NCBI GenBank assembly: GCA_010093995.1 | Contig: ML992504.1 | Span: forward strand, 496,001-560,000 | Direction of reading: 5' to 3' | Source of the DNA: Elsinoe ampelina | Taxonomy: Eukaryota | Length of the DNA stretch: 64,000 bases | Shown here: positions 1 through 10,869 of the stretch, piece by piece | Layout of the letters: each line of letters begins with the position of its first letter | Numbering within the stretch: the first letter of the stretch is position 1 | Translations under genes and position numbers: made by a program | The notes under the pieces: generated by a model | Seen by the model: only the letters and a program-made list of their open reading frames with translations | Told to the model about the DNA's origin: nothing | Database searches by the model: none

Positions 1-353
1 CACCACTCCTTCCCAATCACCCGATCCGCGCCAAAATCGGCACATCAGCCTACTCGGAGATCTACAGCAAGATCATCCTCCAAGCACGCACACCAACCGT
101 CCCGATCAACCTGTCTCACATAACAAAGTGCTTGGTCCGCGGTTGGATCGAAGAAGGCAACTGGCCTCCGAAGCAAGGCGTGCTGGAACCGCTCGCGGGT
201 AGAAAGAGAGACAAGGGATTGCTTGCTGGTATTGGTAGAAACGGAGAGCGGCACCCGCATCTCAGCAAGGGTGTCAAAGTGTTTGGACGCGTGCTCGGGC
301 TGGGTATTGGAGATAGTAATAAAGAGAAGGAGAAGGAGAAGGAGGCGAGATAG
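1..353 (+). CDS. 3' end of an uncharacterised fungal protein (5' part outside window)
   Basis: Frame +3 is open from base 3 to TAG 351-353: PLLPNHPIRAKIGTSAYSEIYSKIILQARTPTVPINLSHITKCLVRGWIEEGNWPPK...KEKEAR*. Protein-like; no family assigned. Confidence 0.65.
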   Translation, partial: PLLPNHPIRAKIGTSAYSEIYSKIILQARTPTVPINLSHITKCLVRGWIEEGNWPPKQGVLEPLAGRKRDKGLLAGIGRNGERHPHLSKGVKVFGRVLGLGIGDSNKEKEKEKEAR

Positions 354-1409
354 GACCGCGCCGGAGAGAGGGAGAATACTGATGATGGAGATACGACTGA
401 TGATGCTGGCGAAAAGATTGAAAAGAACGAAAAGGTTGAAAGGGACGAAAAGGTTAAAAAGGACGAAAAGGTTGAAAAGAAAGACAAGTTTGGAAAGGTT
501 GAAAGGATCCAAGATGATGGTGATGCTACTGGAGATAGCGGCATTTTGGACTGGTTGTTTGGCCTCAGTGAACCACTCGTCAAGCGACTCCTCAGGAAGA
601 GGGCTTCCACGCCGTCCCTGAGCACACAGCCGCCCCCGACGCCTGTGGATTCCCTTCAACCTCTTCAAGGACCCGTAGGGCCGTTGACTTTGCGGCCTAT
701 CTTGTCATCCTTGGCCCCACTAGACTCTACGACATCCTTCAGCCTGCAACAGTCTGCGACACCCCAGACACAACGAAGCTCCTCGACAACCTTGGGCCAA
801 CACGGTATTGCCATAGACTCAGATGTCAGATCTTCCAGGAGCGTCAACTACGTCAGCAGGCCTTTCATTCAGCACACCGACCTTAGCACCATACGGGAAA
901 CCCCGCAGAGCGTTACTGGACGCGGAGGAAGAACGCCGGAGATTACCTTTCAGATGAGCACGGCGCCGCCAACAGATGCTGCTCAACCTGCAGCTCAGTC
1001 TGTCCCTGCAGAAGAGACCAAGCGGGTGTCTCGCACACCATCCACGGCCCGACTCCGTGACGGACCGGAGAGGAGACAAGCTTCTAGGCCTCCTTCAATT
1101 CGTCTTCATGTGCCGGATGATGATGACGGTTCCACTCGTCGTCGAGAAGACAGAGACTCGAGAGCACCTTCACGAGCCAGATCCTTTGATACTCTAGGCA
1201 CGTCCAGCACCTACACAGCCCGCCCACGGAGGTTGTCAGACACGGAACGTCAAGGCAGAAGACCACGAAGACATTCTGGCACGAGCCCGGCACGAAGTTA
1301 TCGAGAGATCCGCAGAGTACATCGTTCGCCGTCATTGTACCCGATTGATTACGGCAGCGATTCATCCTCGACTGCAGCCATGGCGGTTGCAGGCACAGGG
1401 TTCATGTGA
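354..1409 (+). CDS. Long low-complexity open frame, in frame with and directly after the upstream TAG (possible read-through extension, or a separate gene from ATG 954)
   Basis: No stop in frame +3 from 354 to TGA 1407-1409; charged, Ser/Arg/Pro-rich; first in-frame ATG only at ~954. Confidence 0.4.
   Translation, partial: DRAGERENTDDGDTTDDAGEKIEKNEKVERDEKVKKDEKVEKKDKFGKVERIQDDGDATGDSGILDWLFGLSEPLVKRLLRKRASTPSLSTQPPPTPVDSLQPLQGPVGPLTLRPILSSLAPLDSTTSFSLQQSATPQTQRSSSTTLGQHGIAIDSDVRSSRSVNYVSRPFIQHTDLSTIRETPQSVTGRGGRTPEITFQMSTAPPTDAAQPAAQSVPAEETKRVSRTPSTARLRDGPERRQASRPPSIRLHVPDDDDGSTRRREDRDSRAPSRARSFDTLGTSSTYTARPRRLSDTERQGRRPRRHSGTSPARSYREIRRVHRSPSLYPIDYGSDSSSTAAMAVAGTGFM
410..505 (+). repeat. 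Imperfect 18-bp purine-rich tandem repeat (GAAAAGGTTGAAAAGGAC-like)
   Basis: aaaagattgaaaagaacg/aaaaggttgaaagggacg/aaaaggttaaaaaggacg/aaaaggttgaaaagaaag; reads EKIEKN-EKVERD-EKVKKD-EKVEKK in frame +3. Confidence 0.8.
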
Positions 1410-1545
1410 TGGGGAGTTACGATATTTATGATTACCGCATGAGCGAACGAACCAAGCACGCATGATTTTTCCCTAGCATTAGCATTACTCGCAAACTAAG
1501 CCTACCCCTAGCAATGCATTTCTGTACACTTCCTTTTTCTCCCTC

Positions 1546-2337
1546 TCACCTCCCCATCCAACCTCCATCCACCGTCACCACCTCCCCACTCACATACCCA
1601 CTCGCTCCACTTGCCAACCACACCACCACGCCCGCGAAATCCTCCGGACTCCCCCACCTCCCCGCGGGTATCCTCTCGAGAATCTGCCTCGCCCTCCCCT
1701 CATCCTTGATCAACGCCTCATTCATATCCGTCCCGATATACCCGGGCGCAATCGCATTGACCCCGACCCCCTTACCCGCCCACTCATTACTCAACGCCTT
1801 TGTCAACTGCGCCACCCCGCCCTTACTCGCCGCATACGCCGGCACCGTGATACCGCCCTGAAAACTCAACAACGAACCCACGTTGATGATTTTCCCCCTG
1901 CACCCCTGAACGTCCGGTTCTTGCGCCAGCATATGCGCCCCTACATCCCGGCACAAGACGAAAGGCACAGTGAGGTTGACGTGCAGCACGGCATCCCACG
2001 CCTGGGTCGGGAACCGGTGCGCGGGGTGGCGGTCCTGGATGCCGGCGCAGTTGAGCAGGATGTGGATGCGGGGCACGAGGGCGAGGGCGGAGGCGACGAG
2101 GGAGGAGACGGCGGCGGCCGAGGTCAGGTCGCAGGTTAGCATGTGGCATTTTCGGCCGAGCGAGAGGATGGCGTCGTGTGTGCTGGTGGTGGAGGTTGGC
2201 GAGCGTTGCACGAGGATGATGTCGGCGCCGGCGCGCGCGAGGGAGAGGGCCATGGTTGCGCCGATGCCGCGCGTGCCGCCGGTGATGAGGGCGGTTTTGC
2301 CGTGGAGGCCGAAGAGGGTGTCGAGGTAGGAGGTCAT
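1546..2337 (-). CDS. Short-chain dehydrogenase/reductase, KduD / 5-keto-D-gluconate reductase-like
   Basis: [26 protein letters not shown] (TGxxxGIG), LNCAGIQ, YAASK catalytic motif, [17 protein letters not shown]-terminus; intronless; ATG at 2337. Confidence 0.9.
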   Translation of the reverse strand: MTSYLDTLFGLHGKTALITGGTRGIGATMALSLARAGADIILVQRSPTSTTSTHDAILSLGRKCHMLTCDLTSAAAVSSLVASALALVPRIHILLNCAGIQDRHPAHRFPTQAWDAVLHVNLTVPFVLCRDVGAHMLAQEPDVQGCRGKIINVGSLLSFQGGITVPAYAASKGGVAQLTKALSNEWAGKGVGVNAIAPGYIGTDMNEALIKDEGRARQILERIPAGRWGSPEDFAGVVVWLASGASGYVSGEVVTVDGGWMGR

Positions 2338-2782
2338 GGTTGGGGTTGGTGGGGTAGGGGTTCTTCCGGGGGGATTGGTGAGGGGGAGAGGTGAGGCTGG
2401 GGGTCTGGGGGTTATATCGTTGGCGGGATGAGGTCGTTGATATTGATGGAGAATGGTGCCAGTTCCGCTGGTGGTGGGTGGATCAAACGCCGAAAGGTCG
2501 GCAATTGGGTTTTTTTTGGGCTGCCCCGCGTTGGTACTGCGTGCCCCGTGGTGCGTCACTGGAGAACCCGGCGGAAAAGCAGATGCCGATGATATTTTCC
2601 TGGCCGGAGCAGGGAGTCCAAGAGGGAAGAGGCCGATGTATATACCGATGGAAAAGGCACTTGTCGCGTTTCTGCTTGACTGACTCTTCCTATCCTCGAG
2701 CCACATCTAACAACTGACATATCCTACACTCACAAGCATCTCACACACACCCTCCACAACAGCCACACAAATCCCACCCCTC

Positions 2783-4116
2783 ATGTCAGAAATCCAAGTC
2801 CAAGCCTCCGTCCTGCACGGAGCAAAGGACCTTCGCCTCGTAAGTACATTCTCCTCCCCCTGCACCTCCCTTAATCTCACCTCCCAAACCCCCCCACCAC
2901 CCTCCCCTGCAACCCCCCCTCCAACCACCCTCTAACCCACCCAGGAATCCCGCCCCCTCCCCCCTCCCTCCCCCACCGAAGTCCAAATCTCAATCCACTC
3001 CACCGGCCTATGCGGCTCCGACCTACACTACTACACGCACAACCGCAACGGCGACATCCTAGTCCGCCAACCACTAACCCTCGGCCACGAATCCTCGGGC
3101 ACCATCGTGTCGCTCCCCGCCTCCCCCTCCCCATCCTCCCCCCCCTCCCTCGCCATCGGCTCCCGCGTCGCCCTCGAAGTCGGCGTCCCCTGTTCCGCGT
3201 GCGAGAACTGCGCTGCAGGGAGGTACAACATCTGCCCGGACCTGAGGTTCAGGAGCAGCGCGAAGAGTTTCCCGCATTTTCAGGGGACGCTGCAGGGGAG
3301 GATCAACCACCCTGCGGCGTTTGTTCACCCGTTGCCGGATAACATGTCCTTCGCCGAGGGGGCGTTGCTGGAGCCGTTGGGGGTGGCGCTGCATGCGTAC
3401 CGCCGGAGTGGGCTGGAGAAACTGAGTGAAGAGCAGAGGCGGAGGACGAGCGTGGTGGTGTTTGGGGCCGGGGCGGTGGGGTGTTTGTGTGCGGGCGTCG
3501 CGAGGATGAAGGGGGTGGGGAGGGTGGTGGTGGCGGATATCGATGCGGGGAGGGTGGGGTTTGCGACGGAGAAGGGGTTCGCGGATAAGGGCGTGGTGTT
3601 GCCGCTCAAGAGGGGGAAGGATGTGGAGGAGGGGTTGGAGCTGGCGAGGGAGGTGGCTGGGTTGGTCAAGGGGGAGGTGCAAGGGGATGTCAAGGTGACG
3701 TTTGAGTGTACCGGTGTGCAGGGGTGTGTGCAGGCGGGGATATATGTGAGTCTCGCTAATCTTTCGTGTCTTTTTGCACCAGCTTATGATGCTAGGCCAC
3801 ATCCCCGGGCGGTACTGTCCTCTTAGTGGGCATGGGCGTCCCCATCCAAACACTCGCCCTTTCCGCAGCCGCACTACGCGAAGTCGATCTCGTCGGCGTC
3901 TTCCGCTACGCAAACACCTACCCGGAGTCCATCGCTTTGGTCTCGAGAAAAGCTCCAGGCGACCCGGAGTTTGCTAGCTTGGTCACGCATACGGTGCGAG
4001 GATTGGACAGGGTTCAAGAGGGGTTCGAGTTGGCCGGTAAGACCAAGGATGAGAAGGGGGGTTTGGTGGTGAAGGTTGTCATTGAGACGCCCGAGGCAGA
4101 GACGAGTGGGGCGTAG
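2783..4116 (+). CDS. Zn-dependent medium-chain polyol/sugar-acid dehydrogenase (sorbitol/xylitol or L-idonate dehydrogenase-like), 3 exons
   Basis: Exon 1 MSEIQVQASVLHGAKDLRL; intron 2840-2944 (GTAAGT..CTAAC..CAG); GLCGSDLH, LGHES, CxxCxxC..C structural Zn site, FGAGAVG; second intron ~3746-3794; ends ETSGA*. Confidence 0.9.
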
Positions 4117-4275
4117 AGACAGAGGCAAGTGAGGGCGAAGAGAAGGATCGGTGGCGAGGACGGAAAGGTGGGGTATTGGGGTTGCATGGGCGAGGGCGTC
4201 GACGACGAAGGGTCAGTGGACACTTGGTAGAACCATGTTTGGTAATATGTGAAGCAGTAAAAGTTGTACAGACAT

Positions 4276-7200
4276 CTATATGTAAAGACCTGCTAGGTCT
4301 GCAAGACCATGATCAACGCCCTCGCTATGCTCCTGCCCATGCTCTTGTCGTGGCTCATTATACTCCGCCCTTCTAACACCTCCACTGATGATTCGCATTT
4401 CCCTCACGAGTGACTCTGCTGAGACCTGCACCTTGACTCTCTCTTCTGCGGCCAGCCCCATTTCGGGCACATACACCTCCTCTTTCAGCCCCGCTCGTCC
4501 ATGTAACAGCTTCTCCCCATCCCAATACCATGTCCTGCCCAACTCTTCAGCAAGGCTTTGTCTTGCGTACTCCACCACATCGGAAACCCGTGATACGTCT
4601 TCCCGTGGCACACCATCTATGGTCAAGCCTCTCTGCTCTGCCGGATCAATGCTAGTAGCAATCATGGTGATTTCTTGAAGCTTTGCAAACATTTCCTTTC
4701 CCTCTCCAGTAGCCCGATGCATGAAATCCACCAATGACACCAAACCTTTTGCAGCGTCCAAGGCAGAAACCGCTACGCAGGCTTGAACAACCGTCATCTG
4801 CTCGGCTCTTCCGCCAGTCATCTTGAGAACTCCCAATAGCAGCTCCAGGAACTGCTTGAGCACCCATCCCTCTCGTCTCGCCATCTCCTTCCGACTCAGA
4901 TCAACGATCTCTGCCATCCGCCCGACCACCCTTCCCGTGGCAACCAGGACGGGCAGAACGAAGAACATGGCTTCTACCTTATTGGCCGCTAATTGTAGGT
5001 ACGCAGGCAGGATGTCCTCCACCATCGTTCTTCGCAGGGTCCACAGTCTCGTACCCAGTCCGGCTGATATGTCTTGATTCTCGAGGCGGATTTCCTCCTT
5101 CGATGGAAAGAGTGCTTGCTCAAGCTGTAGCGAAACAGCTTCACTCTCGCCATGCAGCACAGTCTTGGACAGCACAGTCTGCAAGAAGATGGCGAGCTGT
5201 TTCCTCCCCTTCTCGTTGCCAAGCTTTGGCACGTACCCTTTAAGGCGAGCGACGAGGTACTTTGGGTCGCTTGTTGGAAGAGGAAAGGTCCGTGGGTCAG
5301 TGAAGAAAGGATCGATGGCGATGATATCGGAAGTATGTTGCTGCAAGAGTGAAACGAGCTGTTGGAGAAAGATCGTATGTTGCTCTTCTGCCTTCGTTGT
5401 CACGGGCAAATGAGACGGTAACGTGTTTGTGGTTGACAGGTGGGTATCTTTCATTGCCGCCATCAGAGAACGAAGAATGGTCGTGTGCGAGCGTTTGAGA
5501 TCTGGCAGGAGCGAAGGTCGAACAGCAGAGAGGCTGGTGCGGATATTGGAGAGGATCGCAGCAAGAAGACTAAGACGTCTAGCCCGGAGGTCGCTCAGAC
5601 TGACGTCGTACCTCCCTGAAAAGTCCACGGCAAACGGCAGATTGTACAGTAAAGTATGATGGGATTGAGTGTTCAGCAGTGCAGACGTAAGAGCGTGCTG
5701 ATGCTTGAGCTGTGATTCCGGTGCAACAAGCGAGGCAACCCATTGCGTCAGGATCGAAGTGGAATAGTCGTCGAAGCTCGCACCGTCCAATGCTAGGATG
5801 CTGGCCAACATCAGAGGTGTATATTGCTGGAAATTCTTGGTGTTACGAAGCTGGTACCAGGACAGCGATCCATGAGCGTCGAGGTAGTCCGCCCAAGATC
5901 GTTGACCAGCAGTGACACTTTGGTATGCCAGTCTGCACCAAGCGTCTGTCAGACCAGCCAGTAGCGGTTCGTCTATTGAAGTCTCTGCGCCGAAGCAATT
6001 CGACAACAGTTGATTCACACCCGGCTGCAGTATCGTCACAGGGTTTACTGTCGTGCCTGTGCAACACGGCTGCTCTCCCATCATGTCATCCAGACCATCC
6101 CAATCTCCGTAGTCCTGGCTCTCCTCGCTCTGCCCGTTGGACTGCGAGTGGTTGTCGGCAGTCAAGAGTGGTTTGATGATGGCCAGCACTTTCTCAACAG
6201 ACTCGAACGTACGTGACTGTGTGGCGTCGAACACTTTGAACAGTCCAGTGAAGCTTGCGTGCTTGACCAGATCCAGTTGCCTAGTGCAATCGTTGCAAGT
6301 TGTGATCGCCAAGCCGAATGCCTGTATGGCGTCCTGCAAGGTGTTCAGAATACAGCGTTGATTACTCGTAACAGTCATTTGCATGACATCGTACGAGATA
6401 GCACCGGATTGACGCTCTTTCGACATCTCGAAGAGCTCTTCCGCTTCGGATCGAGCGAGACGGTACTGATTGATCAAGACATCCGTCAGGTCTCTGAACC
6501 ACACTCCCAGCTCTGGGATCTCCGATTGCTGAGCTGTATCCGACATGATAAAGACGGCAAGATTACGCCATGCATCAATGTTGATCCGACATGCCTCCAA
6601 GTGAGACGTGTTGAAATCCACAAGATTGCGGATGTGATCCAGTCGTGGCCGCGCCCCGGCAGGCAGTGTCCAGAGGAGAGTGCAGAGTATGTCATGATGG
6701 TTGCGAAGTGCATCGAGATCGGTCTGCCGTACCTCCTGGTCTTTGCGGTACGTTCGGCCATGATTGGGGATGAATCTCCAGACTACTCGCTTCAGTTTGA
6801 TGGTGGGCAGCTCCTTACTCGCAGCTTGCAGGCCGATAGCCAGAAGCTTGAGAAAAGCATGGAATCCGAGATCCGAATGCTCATTATCTAGGTCCTGGTA
6901 TTCGTTTAGGTGTCTCAGAAATGCTGGAGATCCTGAAGGGCGTTCGCCAGACAGATTTGCTAGACCTCGTTTAGCAAAAAAATCGTAGATGCAAGCCAGC
7001 GCTGACTCTGCGCCGCGCCATCTCCATCTTACGATCAGAAGGTGGATCCGACCGAAGACAGCCTTGAGATAGTCGTTGGCATGTCTCTGGTCAGGTTCAG
7101 CAGTCGAGCTATACGCTGAAAGCGTCTGGTCCAGAAGCATCTTGACTAGACTCCAGCAGGGCTGTGGTGATCCTGATGACTTCGGCATTGCATTACGGTA

Positions 7201-10200
7201 AATGCCTGATGCGTCGACTTCGAGCAGTGGCTGCAAAGAAAGCAGGTCGTACCACACCTTATCAAGGCAGTTGACTTCCACGGTATCTTGAATCCTATCC
7301 TTCCACAAATCGGAGATGAGTCTGTCAAAGGAAACCTGAGGTACGGCAACCATTTGCATGATGCATCGAAGCACGACCACAAGCTTGGCAGCTACTTGAT
7401 CGTCTTTAATTCCAGCATCTCGAATTATGTAATGCTGTAGCTTCTGTAGATACGCCTGAATCTGGCCGCAGCCTGTTTGAAAGAGTGCTGTAAAAGCAAT
7501 GTGAGACAGCCGTCGCAGCAGCACGGCGGCGCCTGAAGATTGCTGGATGTAATCACTAGACCCTTGTGTGAGAAGGCAGATCTGAGCATTGAGCGTAAGT
7601 AGGTAAATCGCACCGTCGACCAGATGAGCCTTGGCTGTGTCAAGCAGGTCGGTCTGTTGAAGCTTCATTGCCAGGCTGTCCGCAAGATCTTCGATGAAGC
7701 GTTGCAGAGTGTCGCAAAAGCGGGTTTTGATTGCTTCGTCCGGACACTGTAAACAGCTTGAGATATAGCGTACAAGTGATCGGAGCAGATATGACATGGT
7801 CTCATGCGCGCTTGAGAGCGAGCTGGCTTCGTCATCAGAGGAGGTTGAAGCCAGAAATTGCATGACTTCAATGCAGACGTCTTTGACAGACCGCAGCCAA
7901 TCTGCTGTTTCATCGGTCCATTCGCTCCAGCGTGTGGCTGTCTCGTCAACACGAATAGTAATATGTCCACCGGGCAGAGTCAGGTCTCGGACACCTACCG
8001 AGAGAGCTTTGGCAAAGTCACCGCTTCCAAGAAACGTTGAAGAGTGGAAGTAGGTTCCCAGCGGCAGGTGGCGGACATCGAAATCAACGGGCACTGCCCC
8101 ATGGTACGCATCCAGTCCTTGCAATCCATCGGAGGAATGTACAGCCGTCACGAAAACATCAGCGCTGGTGAAGGTTGGCGGTGGAATGGCAGGCTGCCTA
8201 TATTCGACGACCTCAACTGGTAATCTGGTTGGGGCTGGTTTCCTTGCTTTTCTTCGAGTGATTTGAAATTTTTGTGGAAGAGCTACCGGTGGACGGTCGA
8301 TTCCTGCTCTGGTCGTGTACGGCTGTTCTATGGGCACGGCGGGCTGCGTGTGGTTATCGGGAGTAGGTTGTGTATCTTCCTGGTGAAGAAAGCGTCTGAG
8401 TTGTAGGCTGGGGCCTTGTTTCATGTTGGGCTGTTGTCTCAGTAGATTGACCAAATTGTAGGCATGAAGTCCTGAGGGGCCAGTGCGACTGTTGTTTATA
8501 GGATTGGATGACTCCACTTCGAGTTGAGCAGTGCGAAACCTCTCGCGAGATCTCGCAGTGCTTTGCAAATGTCCTCTTCGTGCAAGCAGAATGTTGCCAA
8601 TTCTACTTTCGCTTGGACCAGACTGCTCTTGCTGCTGTGTGTCGCGATTGCTTTCAAAACCGGCTTGTTGTGGAGCTGAGAAAGGTTGACTTTGGAGGAG
8701 GTGGTGAGATCCTGGCAACATTGATCCATTCGTAATTCGCTGATCAGCCGCCGGTCTTCCATGCAACGTATCCGTCTTCAGGGACGTATACTTGGTAGCA
8801 GGGTCTTTTGAATCGGGTCGACGAGACGTATCCGTCCTAGTGAGCGGTGTGCGCCGCAAAATCTTACCCTGCTTCCATGCGGCAAGAGTTGACATGGCGT
8901 CCTCGGTATCAGCACTCGTCGCTAGTCGTATGGTCTTGCTCGATGGACTTTGCCGTCCGCCGTCCGATCGTTTTCGAGCTTGACGCTTTGCTAATCGCAC
9001 AAATGCCGGCACGACGGTCTCACGACTAGGGCTCGGTGGATCCAGGTCAATAATGCTAAGAGGTGGTTGACGCTGTCTGAGTCGACCTGACTTGCTTTTA
9101 TGCTTGATGGGTCTCAAGTTGCTTTGGCCACGAGGCTCTCCTGCTCTTGCTCGTGGTCTGTCAAAGCTTTGATCTATCCGTGTCTGACGCTTCTGACGTT
9201 TCGCGTTGATATTTGCACTCTTCCGGCGTCTGGCTTCACCGGGGAGCATGGCATCAATAGCGTTATCCTCCATTTGGTCCGAGTCGTAAAGCAAACCCAC
9301 CGTTGAAGGAGCAGCATTGACTGGCGCCGCTGTACGTCGCAATGGTGTCTCAACGGGCCTTTCGTCTTCAGAGCTGCTTGAGAAGTCTGCAAAGCGATTA
9401 CCAAGCTTTTCGGGGCTGGTTAATGTGGCCGTCTTGCGTTGTGCGATACCCCTGCCTGTATTGAGGACTGCAGAGTCAATCCTGGCCTCGAGACCCTGCC
9501 TTCGCTTCTCATAGTTGGCCGGTCCATTCTTCTTGTCCATCCGCAGCCAGGAAGCAGGTAATACACCTCGTATGCGTTTGCGTGCGCTTTGGAACTGCAC
9601 CTCGTTGTCGGATGAGCTTGATTCTGTGGTACGCTCCGATTCAGCTTCTCCAATTGCTTCAGGCACAGCCTGATCTGGCTCTTCGACATTCATTGTTGAC
9701 GCGGGTATTTCTGCTGCTGCGGGAGGCTGATTACTCCTTGGTGCAGGAGTTGAAGCATTGGCGACCTCCCTAGCAAGATTCCGAGATAATCTGAAACCAG
9801 ATTCCTTAATTAAATACCTCGGGACTGCTGCCGAATCTCCAGAGTTCGAAGTGGGAGGTGTTGGAGGGCTCGAATTCTCGTGCGGAACATCCTCTAAACC
9901 CAAGTGGGAGTGCCCTCGAGCCGGAGTAATCACTGGAATATGAAATAGTTTTCGTCGCTTGGGCAATCGGCCGGTCAAAGGGGCCTCATCTTGAATATCC
10001 TGATCGAGTTGTCCTTCCGGGGGTATAGTGCTCGAAGTTGTTCCATGTGCAAGTGGAGGCGACGACTGATACGACTCTTGACTTGCACTATGCTCGCTCG
10101 AGCCCTCATAGCGCTCGACTCGAGGTCGACGCACGGATTGTGTGGCTCCTAGCTCTTGCGAAGGTGCTATCTGAACAGGTTTGTATCCCCCCGCTCGCAT

Positions 10201-10869
10201 TGTCTGCTTGTACTTCTCGCTCTCGAGCAAGTAAGGATGAAGTTGGATCGCTTTACGGGTCCTGAAAGCCCGGCTTGGTGCAGCCATGGACTGGTTGAGC
10301 TGGAATGCATGTGGGGAGTCAAGTAGAGAGGCTTGTCGTAGCAAATCCGCTGTAGATGTGGAATGCAAGTGCATGGTGGGAATGCTGTCCATTTCGACAT
10401 CGCTTCTGGCATCGCTAAGGGGTGAGGAGGCAGCCGTGTTGATCTGCCCGTATTCTGGATTATTCCCCGAGGGCAGAGAAGATGGAAGATCGATGTCGTC
10501 AGAGAGATCATGCATTGCATTCGGTCCTGGCAAGTTGCTGGCATCTTCAAGCTCTTGCAAGAAGGCTCCCAGCTCATCTTGCCGTTGATTTGTAGCATTC
10601 TGATCCCGGTCCTTGCGAGGATATGTCTGCAAGGGTCTTGTCACCGAAAGACGAGCTCCGGCTGAAAGACTTTTCGTGCCTGCATGTAGTATCCAGCCCG
10701 GCTCTTCCTCCTCATCTTGAGGCGGCGCATCATTCCGGTCCTCGACATCGTCCTGCCAGACCGGAGGTGGAGCTTCCTCGAGATGGTACCCATGGTCGAA
10801 AGCTGTGGTGAGGGGCGTGTCTTCATCGTCCGAGTCGGCAACGTATCCGCGGTCCTTCCAGTTCTGCAT
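4276..10869 (-). CDS. MMS22: Mus7/MMS22-family replication-fork repair protein, 2197 aa, intronless
   Basis: N-terminal WKDRGYVADSDDED, RKAIQLHPYLLE, KRIRGVLPASWLR and IPNHGRTY..LRNHHDILCTL motifs, as I recall from filamentous-fungal Mus7/MMS22. Confidence 0.8.
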   Translation of the reverse strand: MQNWKDRGYVADSDDEDTPLTTAFDHGYHLEEAPPPVWQDDVEDRNDAPPQDEEEEPGWILHAGTKSLSAGARLSVTRPLQTYPRKDRDQNATNQRQDELGAFLQELEDASNLPGPNAMHDLSDDIDLPSSLPSGNNPEYGQINTAASSPLSDARSDVEMDSIPTMHLHSTSTADLLRQASLLDSPHAFQLNQSMAAPSRAFRTRKAIQLHPYLLESEKYKQTMRAGGYKPVQIAPSQELGATQSVRRPRVERYEGSSEHSASQESYQSSPPLAHGTTSSTIPPEGQLDQDIQDEAPLTGRLPKRRKLFHIPVITPARGHSHLGLEDVPHENSSPPTPPTSNSGDSAAVPRYLIKESGFRLSRNLAREVANASTPAPRSNQPPAAAEIPASTMNVEEPDQAVPEAIGEAESERTTESSSSDNEVQFQSARKRIRGVLPASWLRMDKKNGPANYEKRRQGLEARIDSAVLNTGRGIAQRKTATLTSPEKLGNRFADFSSSSEDERPVETPLRRTAAPVNAAPSTVGLLYDSDQMEDNAIDAMLPGEARRRKSANINAKRQKRQTRIDQSFDRPRARAGEPRGQSNLRPIKHKSKSGRLRQRQPPLSIIDLDPPSPSRETVVPAFVRLAKRQARKRSDGGRQSPSSKTIRLATSADTEDAMSTLAAWKQGKILRRTPLTRTDTSRRPDSKDPATKYTSLKTDTLHGRPAADQRITNGSMLPGSHHLLQSQPFSAPQQAGFESNRDTQQQEQSGPSESRIGNILLARRGHLQSTARSRERFRTAQLEVESSNPINNSRTGPSGLHAYNLVNLLRQQPNMKQGPSLQLRRFLHQEDTQPTPDNHTQPAVPIEQPYTTRAGIDRPPVALPQKFQITRRKARKPAPTRLPVEVVEYRQPAIPPPTFTSADVFVTAVHSSDGLQGLDAYHGAVPVDFDVRHLPLGTYFHSSTFLGSGDFAKALSVGVRDLTLPGGHITIRVDETATRWSEWTDETADWLRSVKDVCIEVMQFLASTSSDDEASSLSSAHETMSYLLRSLVRYISSCLQCPDEAIKTRFCDTLQRFIEDLADSLAMKLQQTDLLDTAKAHLVDGAIYLLTLNAQICLLTQGSSDYIQQSSGAAVLLRRLSHIAFTALFQTGCGQIQAYLQKLQHYIIRDAGIKDDQVAAKLVVVLRCIMQMVAVPQVSFDRLISDLWKDRIQDTVEVNCLDKVWYDLLSLQPLLEVDASGIYRNAMPKSSGSPQPCWSLVKMLLDQTLSAYSSTAEPDQRHANDYLKAVFGRIHLLIVRWRWRGAESALACIYDFFAKRGLANLSGERPSGSPAFLRHLNEYQDLDNEHSDLGFHAFLKLLAIGLQAASKELPTIKLKRVVWRFIPNHGRTYRKDQEVRQTDLDALRNHHDILCTLLWTLPAGARPRLDHIRNLVDFNTSHLEACRINIDAWRNLAVFIMSDTAQQSEIPELGVWFRDLTDVLINQYRLARSEAEELFEMSKERQSGAISYDVMQMTVTSNQRCILNTLQDAIQAFGLAITTCNDCTRQLDLVKHASFTGLFKVFDATQSRTFESVEKVLAIIKPLLTADNHSQSNGQSEESQDYGDWDGLDDMMGEQPCCTGTTVNPVTILQPGVNQLLSNCFGAETSIDEPLLAGLTDAWCRLAYQSVTAGQRSWADYLDAHGSLSWYQLRNTKNFQQYTPLMLASILALDGASFDDYSTSILTQWVASLVAPESQLKHQHALTSALLNTQSHHTLLYNLPFAVDFSGRYDVSLSDLRARRLSLLAAILSNIRTSLSAVRPSLLPDLKRSHTTILRSLMAAMKDTHLSTTNTLPSHLPVTTKAEEQHTIFLQQLVSLLQQHTSDIIAIDPFFTDPRTFPLPTSDPKYLVARLKGYVPKLGNEKGRKQLAIFLQTVLSKTVLHGESEAVSLQLEQALFPSKEEIRLENQDISAGLGTRLWTLRRTMVEDILPAYLQLAANKVEAMFFVLPVLVATGRVVGRMAEIVDLSRKEMARREGWVLKQFLELLLGVLKMTGGRAEQMTVVQACVAVSALDAAKGLVSLVDFMHRATGEGKEMFAKLQEITMIATSIDPAEQRGLTIDGVPREDVSRVSDVVEYARQSLAEELGRTWYWDGEKLLHGRAGLKEEVYVPEMGLAAEERVKVQVSAESLVREMRIISGGVRRAEYNEPRQEHGQEHSEGVDHGLADLAGLYI

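Noticed and set aside
2390..2530. CreA-type SYGGRG sites in the SDR/MDR promoter
   Set aside because: They lie in a G-rich skew arm where such hexamers arise by chance.
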